Assembly: GCA_023412765.1 (NCBI GenBank)
Contig: JAEZBX010000349.1
Span: 4,339 to 68,338 of the forward strand
Reading direction: 5' to 3'
DNA from: Bacteroidota bacterium
GTDB taxonomy: Bacteria; Bacteroidota; Bacteroidia; Cytophagales; Cyclobacteriaceae
Length of the DNA: 64,000 nt
Shown here one piece after another: positions 39,804 through 49,193 of the stretch; the stretch's first letter is position 1, and the number at the start of each line of letters is the position of its first letter. The translations under genes were made by a program, and so were the position numbers. The notes below the pieces were generated by a model. The model was not told the DNA's origin and did not search any database. It was given only the letters and a program-made list of their open reading frames with translations.

Positions 39804-42254
39804 ATGGCCGATGATCCCACAAAGATAGGAAAAGATTGGTTTGCTGCCAGGGGATGGGATCCATTTGAGTTTCAACTCGAAGCCTGGGACGCCTATCTGG
39901 GTGGTTGGAGCGGACTTGTGAATGCACCCACCGGTAGTGGAAAAACCTATTCCCTGATGCTGCCCGTTATCCTCGAATTCATCAGGAACAATCCCAATTA
40001 TAAATCAAAAAAGAACAACGGAATTCAGGCAATTTGGATCACACCAATTCGAGCGCTGTCAAAAGAAATTGAACTGTCCGCGCGCCGTGTGATCGAAGGC
40101 TTAAACATCGGATGGAAAGTTGGTATCCGATCAGGTGATACTTCGGTAGCGCAACGCGCAAAGCAAAAATTGAAGCCACCGGAACTGCTGATTACAACGC
40201 CAGAAAGTTTACATCTTCTGCTGGCCCAAAAAGGCTACGCCGAATTTTTCTCCACGCTCAAAGTTGTAATAGCGGATGAATGGCACGAGCTAATGGGTTC
40301 AAAGCGCGGTGTTCAGGTAGAACTCGCTTTATCGCGATTAAAGTCAATCGTGCCTGGTTTAAAGATCTGGGGGATATCGGCAACCATCGGTAACATGGAT
40401 CAGGCGATCGAAGCTTTACTGGGCAACTATTATCATGAAAAGAAATTCAAATTGATTCGGGCCGAGATCGAGAAAAAAGTTGAAGTCATTTCAATCCTTC
40501 CCGAAACACTTGAGAAGATGCCCTGGTCGGGACATCTCGGAATTCATCTTCTGCATCGCGTGGTTGAGATCGTTAAAGCAAGTACAACAACGTTAATATT
40601 CACGAATACGCGTTCCTTTGCTGAGATCTGGTATCAAAAGCTTCTTGACCGCGCGCCGGAATTGTCAGGATTGATCGCTATGCACCATGGTTCGATTAGC
40701 CAGGAGTTAAGAAACTGGGTAGAGGATCAGTTGCATGAAGGAAAATTAAAAGCTGTTGTATGTACTTCAAGTCTTGATCTTGGTGTAGACTTCCGACCGG
40801 TAGAAACAGTTATACAAGTTGGAAGTCCAAAAGGTGTTGCGCGATTTTTACAACGGGCGGGCCGGAGCGGGCACCAGCCTGGAGCTACCAGCAGAATTTA
40901 TTTTGTGCCTACACATTCTTTGGAGTTGATGGAGGCTGCTGCACTTCGCGAGGCCATCCGTCAGAAAATCGTTGAAGACCGGCTGCCTTACATAAGATCC
41001 TTCGATGTGCTTATCCAATATCTTATGACTCTCGCGGTCTCGGATGGATTTAAGCAGGAAGAAATTCTGCCAGAGATCAGAAACACATTCAGTTTTTCGA
41101 GCATCAGCGATGAGGAGTGGTATTGGCTGCTCAACTTCATGACTACTGGCGGCGATTCGCTCCAGGCATACGATGAATACCGGAAAGTTATCATCGATCG
41201 TGGTGTTTACAAAGTTGAAAATCGCGCGATAGCTATGCGCCACCGCTTGTCGATCGGTACCATTGTAGGAGATAGTTCTTTGTTCATCAGGTTTGTGTCA
41301 GGAAAGTACTTGGGGACAATTGAAGAGTCTTTCATATCGAGACTTTCACCGGGAGATGTTTTTTGGTTCGCTGGTAAAAATCTTGAGCTCGTACGCATCA
41401 AGGAAATGGAAGTGCATGTAAGAAAGTCAAACCGGAAATCAGGTGCTGTTCCATCGTGGCAAGGTGGACGAATGCCGCTCTCGTCGCAGATGAGTGCAAT
41501 GATTCGCTATAAGCTAGCTGAACTGGTAGAGGGTAATGAATTTGATGAAGAAATGAAATTTCTGAAGCCTTTATTTGAGCTGCAAAAGTATCGATCGCAC
41601 CTTCCCGGGAAACATGAATTTCTTATCGAATATTTTCAAAGCAGTGAAGGCTACCATGTGACGATGTATCCTTTTGAAGGACGTTTTGTCCATGAAGGAA
41701 TGGCTGCGTTGGTAGCGTATCGAATTGCACAGATTCAGCCCATAACCTTCTCGTTGGCGATGAATGATTACGGGTTCGAATTGTTGTCCGACCAGCCGAT
41801 CCCCATCGAGGAGGCTATTGAAACGGATATGCTGGGGCTTGATAATCTCTTGAAGGACATTCAGGCAAGCATCAATTCAACCGAGATGGCGAGAAGAAAA
41901 TTTCGCGACATTGCGGCAATCTCAGGATTAGTTTTCAAAGGGTATCCTGGTAAGCCGGTAAAAGATCGTCACCTTCAATCGTCGTCACAATTATTTTTTA
42001 ATGTGTTTCATGACTATGAAGCTCATAATTTATTGTTAAGGCAATCCTTTGAAGAAGTAATGGATTTTCAGTTGGAAGAAGTCCGTTTAAGAAAGGCACT
42101 AAAGCGAATTGCATCTCAAAAAATAATTCTTACTACACCAGATAAGCCAACACCTTTTGGTTTTCCCATTATGGTTGACGGTATGCGGGAGAAGCTGACT
42201 TCTGAAAAGCTCGAAGATCGAATTAAGCGAATGGCGCTACAATACGCTGAGTGA
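39804..42254 (+). CDS. Ligase-associated DNA-damage-response DEXH helicase (Lhr-core)
   Basis: APTGSGKT, DEWHE, SAT, HHGS, LDLGVD and QRAGRSGH motifs. ATG 39804 chosen because the 39678 start overlaps the MerR gene. Confidence 0.92.
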   Translation: MADDPTKIGKDWFAARGWDPFEFQLEAWDAYLGGWSGLVNAPTGSGKTYSLMLPVILEFIRNNPNYKSKKNNGIQAIWITPIRALSKEIELSARRVIEGLNIGWKVGIRSGDTSVAQRAKQKLKPPELLITTPESLHLLLAQKGYAEFFSTLKVVIADEWHELMGSKRGVQVELALSRLKSIVPGLKIWGISATIGNMDQAIEALLGNYYHEKKFKLIRAEIEKKVEVISILPETLEKMPWSGHLGIHLLHRVVEIVKASTTTLIFTNTRSFAEIWYQKLLDRAPELSGLIAMHHGSISQELRNWVEDQLHEGKLKAVVCTSSLDLGVDFRPVETVIQVGSPKGVARFLQRAGRSGHQPGATSRIYFVPTHSLELMEAAALREAIRQKIVEDRLPYIRSFDVLIQYLMTLAVSDGFKQEEILPEIRNTFSFSSISDEEWYWLLNFMTTGGDSLQAYDEYRKVIIDRGVYKVENRAIAMRHRLSIGTIVGDSSLFIRFVSGKYLGTIEESFISRLSPGDVFWFAGKNLELVRIKEMEVHVRKSNRKSGAVPSWQGGRMPLSSQMSAMIRYKLAELVEGNEFDEEMKFLKPLFELQKYRSHLPGKHEFLIEYFQSSEGYHVTMYPFEGRFVHEGMAALVAYRIAQIQPITFSLAMNDYGFELLSDQPIPIEEAIETDMLGLDNLLKDIQASINSTEMARRKFRDIAAISGLVFKGYPGKPVKDRHLQSSSQLFFNVFHDYEAHNLLLRQSFEEVMDFQLEEVRLRKALKRIASQKIILTTPDKPTPFGFPIMVDGMREKLTSEKLEDRIKRMALQYAE

Positions 42255-42900
42255 TCGGTAGACGGTGGCGGGTGCAGCGGCCGCACAATTTAGTTAAGCC
42301 AAGGGACTCAACGTGTACACTACATTTGATCGAGGTGATCGGTGTCGGGCTCGACGTTTTCGATTTTTTTATCAAGAGTTGAGCACTCGACTATTGCATT
42401 TGTCAAGGAGAAGGTAATCGGTAAACGGTGTCGGACGCAACGAGCTGCATAATTTAGTTAAATCAGGAGGCTCAACGTGTGCGCTACATTTGATCGAGGT
42501 AATCGGTGTCGGGCTCGGCGTTTATCGATTTTTTTTAACAGTTAAGCACTTGACTATTGGATGTAGCTAAATCGAGGTAATCGGTGCCTGACTCAACACC
42601 TGATCATTTAAACTAAATCGTAGAACTCAACTCACTCACTTCGTTTGATCAAGGTGATCGGTGTCGGACTCAACGCGCTGTGTGATTTACTTAAATACAG
42701 AAACTCCACGTATGCACTTTGTTTGATCAAGGTAATCGGTGTCTGGCTTATCTTTCAATTTTTTTATTAAAAAGTTGAGCCCTTGAATATCGCATGCGTT
42801 ATAAGCGCGGTGATCGGTAATCGGTGTCTGGCTTGGCGGTTCGAGTTAATTATAACTGAAAGTACTTTTCTATCGCCCCTACCAGAGGAAGGTTATCGGT
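42251..42900 (+). repeat. Left array: 9 GT(G/A/T)ATCGGT cores at about 78-bp period
   Basis: Cores start at 42251, 42335, 42414, 42499, 42577, 42654, 42732, 42810 and 42892. Confidence 0.92.
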
Positions 42901-43093
42901 TCGCGCGATCGGGGTGTCTACTTCTCTTTGGACTGCATAAGACGGCTGACAGGTGAGCAACGAATACAATTGCAGTCGAGAATAAAGAGCAACCACCCGG
43001 AATTCTTAGAAAAACCGGACAGTTTCTGATGCATCAATTGTTGATGTGATTAGTAACTTTAGATCGTCCGTTGTGCGTAATTAAGATTCGAAA

Positions 43094-43489
43094 ATGAACC
43101 ACGTTCAGAGTTTCAGAGACCTTGAAGTATATAGGCTGTCCCGGAAATTGTCGAAGGAAATCTTTGAAGCCTCAAAGATGTTTCCAAGGGGAGAAATGTT
43201 TTCTCTAACAGACCAAATAAGACGAGCCTCCCGGTCGGTTGGAGCCCAAATCGCAGAGGCTTGGGCCAAGCGAAAGTATCGAAAGCATTTTATCAGCAAG
43301 CTTACCGATGCCGACGGAGAGCAATTAGAAACGCAACATTGGATCGAAATTGCTCGTGATTCTTCTTACATACCAGACGAGTTGGCGGTTCGTCTATTGC
43401 AACAATATGCTTCCATTGGAAAAATGTTAAATTCTATGATAATAAAAGCCGGATCCTTCTGCGATAATTACAATCAAAGACTTCTGTAA
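43094..43489 (+). CDS. Four helix bundle protein (23S rRNA IVP / Avd-like family)
   Basis: SFRDLEVY, FPRGEMFSLTDQIRRASRSVGAQIAEAW and ETQHW pattern; 131 aa. Confidence 0.9.
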   Translation: MNHVQSFRDLEVYRLSRKLSKEIFEASKMFPRGEMFSLTDQIRRASRSVGAQIAEAWAKRKYRKHFISKLTDADGEQLETQHWIEIARDSSYIPDELAVRLLQQYASIGKMLNSMIIKAGSFCDNYNQRLL

Positions 43490-43524
43490 TAAGTCAATCC
43501 TTCGAGTAATATCATTGCCCGACG

Positions 43525-43945
43525 AGCCGGGCCACCGAATACCTCGATCAAATGTATTGTACGCGTTGAGTCCCTTAGTTTAACTAAATTATGCGGACCG
43601 TTGCGTCCGCCACCGATCACCGATCACCGATCACCTTTTTCTTGTACCTGCGATAGACAAGTACTTCGGTTATGTTTAAATCGCACCACACGTCGAGCCC
43701 GCCACCGATTACCCCGATCAAATGAAGTGTACACGTTGAGTCTCCTGATTTAATTAAATCATGCGCCCGGCCGCGTCCGCCACCGATTACCTCGCTTTAA
43801 ATAAATCCAATAGTCGAGTGCTCAACTCTTAACAGAAAATCGATAGCGTCAAGCCCGCCACCGATCACCTCGATCAGACGAACGCGCGAGTTGAGTGCGC
43901 TTTAATTGAATTGGTTAGTACGCGACCTCAAGACCGACACCGTCA
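43525..43945 (-). repeat. Right array: 6 inverted cores (ACCGATYAC on the + strand) at about 78-bp period
   Basis: Cores at 43534, 43612 (heptamer tripled to 43626), 43704, 43782, 43860 and a degenerate one at 43939. Confidence 0.92.
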
Positions 43946-45355
43946 AAAAATAGCTCTGAACAACAAGAACAACGCTCCCGCCATCACCATTACAACGGGG
44001 AGGGTAAGGAACCATGCGATCAGGATATTTCTTACGGTATCGGGTTGCAGGTTCTTGACACCTTTGCTGGCAACCATACTTCCAGCAATACCCGAAGATA
44101 AGACATGGGTAGTGCTAACGGGTAATCCATAAAATGACGAGAGGCCAATTGTACTTGCGGCTACGATTTCAGCACTAGCGCCCTGCGCATAAGTAAGGTG
44201 TTCCTTACCGATCTTTTCTCCAATTGTCTTCACTATGCGCTTCCAGCCGATCATCGTTCCTAATCCCAGCGACAGGGATATCATTAGAATCACCCATCTT
44301 GGTGAGTAATCAGTAACCTTCCTTACATTTTTCAATTCATTGCTCAAAGTTTTTTTCTCGCCCGCACTCAGTTTCACCTCGTCATTCTTTGCTATATCGT
44401 TAAGGTTACGATCCATTACCATGACATCTTTTCGAACCAGGAAACGCTCTTGTTTTGGAATGCTTTCAATTTGAGGCAGCGTCTTGAATCTTTGCTGGAG
44501 ACGCTCATTCATCGCAATAGCTTCTGACAGCTTGGTCCGGTCACCAGCCGACAACAGGGAAGGGTCTATCGTGGCGGCTATGCGCCCAACGCTTGAAAGT
44601 GGACTTGAAAGTTGAGCCGGATTGAAACTATTATCCAACGCGAAATAAGCCGGCACAATACCAATTAAAATCAGCATTACAAGACCTACACCTTTTTGCC
44701 CATCGTTAGATCCATGAAAGAAACTCACCAATGTGCAGGTAAGGATCAGGATTCCACGAATCCATGTTGGTGGTGCCTTATCTTTTTTCGGTTCTTTAAA
44801 CAGACTGTCGCCGTAGCTCGTTTTTTTCGTCAATGTTCTCAGGATGTACATGAGGATGATCGTCACGGAAAATCCAAAAAGCGGCGAAACCAACAAGGAA
44901 AGACCTATGTCACTGGCTTTTGACCAATTAACTGCTTCGCTGGTGGCTTCTGGCAGAAGAGAATATGCCAGGCCAACTCCAAGGATCGATCCGATCAGGG
45001 TGTGAGAGCTCGAACACGGTATACCAAGATACCAGGTCAGGAGGTTCCAGAATATTGCCGTGATCAAAAGGGCAGCTACCATGGCTATGCTATGTGCAAT
45101 ATCCTGGTCCACCAGCGTTTCTACAGGAAGGAGATTTATGATTCCTACCGCTACCGCTATACCGCCGGCAAATACACCCAGAAAATTCCAAATGCCTGAC
45201 CAGATAACTGCTACCCAGGGCTTTAGCGAATGCGTATAAATGACGGTTGCAACAGCATTTGCCGTGTCGTGAAATCCATTTACAAATTCAAAAGAGCAGG
45301 CGGCAATAAGACAAAAAACGAGGAGTGCCGAATGAGCAAAGTCCAGATCGAACAT
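43943..45355 (-). CDS. Inorganic phosphate transporter (PiT family)
   Basis: GFHDTANAVAT, SSSHTLIG, HGSNDGQK and PVSTTH motifs. Confidence 0.95.
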   Translation of the reverse strand: MFDLDFAHSALLVFCLIAACSFEFVNGFHDTANAVATVIYTHSLKPWVAVIWSGIWNFLGVFAGGIAVAVGIINLLPVETLVDQDIAHSIAMVAALLITAIFWNLLTWYLGIPCSSSHTLIGSILGVGLAYSLLPEATSEAVNWSKASDIGLSLLVSPLFGFSVTIILMYILRTLTKKTSYGDSLFKEPKKDKAPPTWIRGILILTCTLVSFFHGSNDGQKGVGLVMLILIGIVPAYFALDNSFNPAQLSSPLSSVGRIAATIDPSLLSAGDRTKLSEAIAMNERLQQRFKTLPQIESIPKQERFLVRKDVMVMDRNLNDIAKNDEVKLSAGEKKTLSNELKNVRKVTDYSPRWVILMISLSLGLGTMIGWKRIVKTIGEKIGKEHLTYAQGASAEIVAASTIGLSSFYGLPVSTTHVLSSGIAGSMVASKGVKNLQPDTVRNILIAWFLTLPVVMVMAGALFLLFRAIF

Positions 45356-45537
45356 AAATCTTTATTCGGTGTGCAATCTAGCCCGAAAACCCGTTCCCCA
45401 TGTTATCAGAATATTAACTTTTTTAACAAATCTGCATCGTCAAAAAGGTATTCGTTTGACATTCAATTAATTGATTGAAGTCATTATTATTGCATGCTCG
45501 AAAGATACGAAGTGTTTTTTGGTAAGACAGAAAGAGT

Positions 45538-45698
45538 TTTGCCACAGAAGTAACAAGTCAGGAAGAATCACCAGGAGTTTTGAAATGAATAAAAATTTGC
45601 CACAAAGTCACGAAGACACGAAGGATCACGAAGAACTTATTGCAAAGGGCACATGGAAAAAAGCTTAATGCTACTTTGTGGCCTGGTGGCTTAGTGGC
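45538..45698. repeat. Octamer-type (CACRAAGN) repeats in inverted arrangement
   Basis: gccacaaagtcacgaagacacgaaggatcacgaag (45599) faces actttgtggcctggtggcttagtggc (45673-45698); a degenerate copy starts at 45538. Confidence 0.65.
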
Positions 45699-45708
45699 GT
45701 TGTAAATC

Positions 45709-46362
45709 ATGGAAATGATCAAAACAATTAATGTAGCGGATGAGAGCCTGGAGTTGTGGCCACAAAAGGCTGTGCGGTGGAAGAAAAACAACGTGCTGTT
45801 TATTGCTGACCTCCATCTTGGAAAGATCAACCACTTTCGCAGGTCAGGAATTGCTGTTCCCGCGAAAGCGAATGAACGAAACCTGGAGATGCTCATCGAC
45901 CTTCTTTATCTAACAAAACCGGAACGCGTTATCTGTCTGGGAGATTTGTTTCACAGCCACTACAATCCCGAGTGGGAGGTGTTTGGAGAGGTAGTTAAGC
46001 ATTTCCAAAATATTTCCTTTGAGCTGGTGCTTGGAAACCACGACATCATGAGTCGAATTCAGTATAGCCGAAAAGGAATTCTTCTTCACGAAATACTGAG
46101 GATCGACCCGTTCATTTTCACACATCATCCCATGACGGAAATCGAGGCTCAGTGTTATAATATCGCCGGACACATACATCCTGGCGTAAACCTCCGGGGA
46201 AAAGGGAAGCAATCCATTACATTGCCTTGCTTTTACTTTGGCGAATGCGCTGGCCTGTTGCCTGCCTTCGGAATGTTCACAGGCCTTGCCAGAATTTTGC
46301 CAAAAAAGGCTGATAAAATTTTTGTTATTGTCGAAGACAAGGTTGTTGAAGTGAACAATTGA
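45709..46362 (+). CDS. pdeM: Ligase-associated DNA-damage-response metallophosphoesterase/endonuclease
   Basis: ADLHLGK, GDLFHS, GNHD, GHIHPG and LPAFG motifs. Confidence 0.9.
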   Translation: MEMIKTINVADESLELWPQKAVRWKKNNVLFIADLHLGKINHFRRSGIAVPAKANERNLEMLIDLLYLTKPERVICLGDLFHSHYNPEWEVFGEVVKHFQNISFELVLGNHDIMSRIQYSRKGILLHEILRIDPFIFTHHPMTEIEAQCYNIAGHIHPGVNLRGKGKQSITLPCFYFGECAGLLPAFGMFTGLARILPKKADKIFVIVEDKVVEVNN

Positions 46363-46365
46363 TGT

Positions 46366-47502
46366 ATGAAGTTACAATTACTAATTTTTTGCTGCATCGT
46401 TAGTAGTTTATCTTTCGGACAGGACACCACGCGGTTGTCGCTGCTTTTTGCCGGAGATATCATGGGCCACGATTCCCAGATCGCGTCAGCATATAACGCG
46501 ACAAAAAAAAAATATGATTATAGCTCCTGCTTCCAGTTCCTAAGACCGTATGTAGACTCCGTTGACTTAGCTATTGCAAACCTCGAGGTAACATTGGCGG
46601 GACCTCCATACAAGGGATATCCTCAATTCAGCTCGCCTGATGCACTTGCTGTCACGTTGAAAGATGTCGGATTTGATGTTCTGGTCACGGCGAATAACCA
46701 TTCCGTTGACAGGGGACGAAAGGGTATCGAACGCACTATTAAGGTATTGGATAGCCTGCAAATTTCGCACACGGGAACATTCAAGGATTCAATTGCAAAA
46801 GAAGAACAAACTCCGTTGATGGTTGAAAAGAACGGTTTCCGGCTCGCCATTCTGAATTATACGTATGGCACCAACGGCATACCTGTGCCAAAACCTAATG
46901 TAGTCAACCACCTTGATACTGCTATTATGCGACGGGATCTCGAAAAGGCAAAAAGCTCAAATCCTGACGTGGTAATTGTTTTCACTCACTGGGGTGAAGA
47001 ATACCAAAGTTTGCCATCGAAAAATCAAAAAGATCTGGCAGAATTTTGCTTGAAGCATGGAGCCATGCTGGTCATCGGCGCGCATCCTCATGTGTTGCAG
47101 CCGATGGAATGGAGAAAGGAGAAAAATCAATTCGTAGCCTATTCCCTGGGAAATTTTGTCTCCGGCCAACGGAAGCGCTATACCGATGGTGGCGCAATGG
47201 TATATCTTGAGCTGGAAAAAATTGCTTATGCGGCCGACACTGCAGAGGTGACGATTGACAGCGCAGGATATTATTTAGCGTGGGTTTACAGAACAGTGGA
47301 TTCTCACAAAGATTACTACCTATTACCTGTGAATGATAATCAAGGCCATGTCAACTTTATTAAGGACGGAGAATCTAAGGCAGCGCGCAAGATATTTCTG
47401 GAAGACTCAAAGCTACTGTTTCAAAAATACAATAAAGATATGACTGAAATGAAGCGGATGCCTTCCCGATTCAGCGGTATTTCTGTCGAGGTTGATCCGT
47501 AG
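46366..47502 (+). CDS. CapA family (PGA_cap) metallophosphoesterase
   Basis: GDIMGH, NLE, ANNHSVD, HWGEEY, HPHVLQ and YSLGNF motifs. Confidence 0.9.
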   Translation: MKLQLLIFCCIVSSLSFGQDTTRLSLLFAGDIMGHDSQIASAYNATKKKYDYSSCFQFLRPYVDSVDLAIANLEVTLAGPPYKGYPQFSSPDALAVTLKDVGFDVLVTANNHSVDRGRKGIERTIKVLDSLQISHTGTFKDSIAKEEQTPLMVEKNGFRLAILNYTYGTNGIPVPKPNVVNHLDTAIMRRDLEKAKSSNPDVVIVFTHWGEEYQSLPSKNQKDLAEFCLKHGAMLVIGAHPHVLQPMEWRKEKNQFVAYSLGNFVSGQRKRYTDGGAMVYLELEKIAYAADTAEVTIDSAGYYLAWVYRTVDSHKDYYLLPVNDNQGHVNFIKDGESKAARKIFLEDSKLLFQKYNKDMTEMKRMPSRFSGISVEVDP

Positions 47503-48391
47503 CTTTCACCTCTTTCTTATTCAAGATATAAACCGCGGCGATTCCCAGTAGACCGCCAATGATGGTGTGCATTTCAATCACTTCCCCAAGAAATATCCAT
47601 GACCCCAGCGCAGCGGAGAACGGCACCATGAAAATGAAGCTGCTTGCCCTGCTTGCACCGATCTTTGAAGTGGCAACGAAGTAAAACGTGGTGGCTATCG
47701 ACGTGGTGATGGTTGCACTGAAAAAGAGATTGCCCCAAAACAAGCCATCTGATTTTTGAAATGTCGAAGCCGTTGTCGATACACCAGCAAACAAGAACAT
47801 CAGGCACGTGCTGATCCCATACATCCACAAGCTGAAAGACAACGAAGAGCCATATTTGCCTGCCTTCGCAGTGAAACGTGAAAGTACTGCCCATGAACAG
47901 GCCGCGAGAAGGAAATATATATTTCCAGCCTTAAATATTTCGTCAGCTTGTGTTGTGAGTTTTAATAAAACCACACCTGCAATCAATCCGAGAGCGAGGC
48001 CGATCGCTTCATTCCGGGTAGGCTTTCGTCGTGCGAGCACGATGGTAATAGCGTAAATAATAATAGGATTTAAAACTGTGACAAGTACTCCGCCTGCGCC
48101 TGCCTTTCCCACACTTACACCTTTGAAGAAAAGGAATGTATAAAGCGAAATGAGAACGGACGAAATAAGGAGATCCCAAAATCCCGCTGTCTTGATCGTC
48201 AGCTTTTCCTTTATTAGAGGTAGCAAGACCAGCAACGAAACGAACGTCAGCGCAAATCTGAGGAACGAGATCGTTAATGGATCCCCGTATCCAGTCAGAA
48301 TTTTGCCTGACGTCCAACTGATTCCCCAGCATATCATGCTGAGGATCATTCCTACAATAAAGACGGTGTTAGTTACTGGTTTCTCGTTCAT
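47471..48391 (-). CDS. DMT/EamA family transporter
   Basis: About 10 TMs, two EamA repeats (WGISW..LRF; IFLGE). Confidence 0.88.
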   Translation of the reverse strand: MNEKPVTNTVFIVGMILSMICWGISWTSGKILTGYGDPLTISFLRFALTFVSLLVLLPLIKEKLTIKTAGFWDLLISSVLISLYTFLFFKGVSVGKAGAGGVLVTVLNPIIIYAITIVLARRKPTRNEAIGLALGLIAGVVLLKLTTQADEIFKAGNIYFLLAACSWAVLSRFTAKAGKYGSSLSFSLWMYGISTCLMFLFAGVSTTASTFQKSDGLFWGNLFFSATITTSIATTFYFVATSKIGASRASSFIFMVPFSAALGSWIFLGEVIEMHTIIGGLLGIAAVYILNKKEVKATDQPRQKYR

Positions 48392-48472
48392 AATTTGGGC
48401 TTCAATGTTGAGCCCGACAGAAGAAATAAACCTGGTTTTTCGGTCAGGTCGGTTAGAAACTTAGAAACGGAA

Positions 48473-49186
48473 TTACCTTCTTCTTCTTTTTTTCGCAGGA
48501 CTGCTGCCTTGCCCTGAATCAAAAATTACTCCTATAGAGAATTCCAAACCAGTAAGATCGATCTTGGCATCCGGATATTGTACTTGTTTTGTTTCTATTG
48601 TCGTTGTTCCACCCGTATACGTCCCGTTGAGTGGAAACTTTGAATCTCCCATCAGATAATTACTTTCCAACGAAATGCCTACCTGCTGGGTTACGTAAAC
48701 TGTTAGCTCAGCTCCGAAGAGGTAGCCCCATCCCGGTTTGTTATCGAATTTGAAATCACTATTGGCAACTTGCCAGTTTTCAAATTTTCTTATGGCCTTA
48801 TCAAAGTTGCCATAGTTAATCTTTTGACCAAAGCCGTAAAAACCAAATACACCTCCCTTGATATCAAATTCTACCGACGAACCTTTTAATTGAAACACAA
48901 TTTCTGCTGGTACGAGGATAGTGAAATTCGGTCCGACCAGAGCATCCTTTGTTTCGAAAGGGAGATCCTTGACATTGAGCCCTGACATTCGATACAGCGA
49001 TGCGCCTGTCTCAAGCGCAATAAAGCGGTTTAGATCTACGCCGAGACCTCTGATTGAAAACGGGCTGATAGGAGTTGAGAAATATCCATCCTTCGGAATA
49101 AAGTAGGAAAATGATAGTCCGAACTGTTGCCCAAACACTGACGTTCCAGTCAACAAAAAGAAAAATAGGATCGTGTATCGCATCAC
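48473..49186 (-). CDS. Exported protein, probable outer-membrane beta-barrel
   Basis: Signal peptide, alternating aromatic beta-strands, C-terminal FSIGVIF plus a basic tail. Confidence 0.55.
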   Translation of the reverse strand: MMRYTILFFFLLTGTSVFGQQFGLSFSYFIPKDGYFSTPISPFSIRGLGVDLNRFIALETGASLYRMSGLNVKDLPFETKDALVGPNFTILVPAEIVFQLKGSSVEFDIKGGVFGFYGFGQKINYGNFDKAIRKFENWQVANSDFKFDNKPGWGYLFGAELTVYVTQQVGISLESNYLMGDSKFPLNGTYTGGTTTIETKQVQYPDAKIDLTGLEFSIGVIFDSGQGSSPAKKRRRR

Positions 49187-49193
49187 GGACGGT

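Noticed and set aside
42255..43093. Coding repeat of 26 codons (78 bp)
   Set aside because: The frame checked by hand hits stops, 7-bp insertions break frame, and the ORF track shows no ORF here.
43094..43489. Diversity-generating retroelement (avd) or a true 23S rRNA intervening sequence
   Set aside because: No reverse transcriptase, no TR/VR pair differing at adenines, and no rRNA sequence in the window.
42251..43945. CRISPR array
   Set aside because: The conserved core is short and degenerate, the ~60-bp linkers are homologous to one another rather than unique, the two arrays are inverted around a gene, and no cas genes are in the window.
42251..43945. IS element or integron cassette array
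   Set aside because: No transposase or integrase, no clear target-site duplication, and no attC-type RYYYAAC/GTTRRRY-bounded units.
45471..45668. 65-aa ORF between pit and pdeM
   Set aside because: TTG start, made largely of repeat-derived sequence, no recognisable motif.
48452..48469. TTAGAAAC x2 after the beta-barrel gene stop
   Set aside because: Only two copies; too short to separate from chance.
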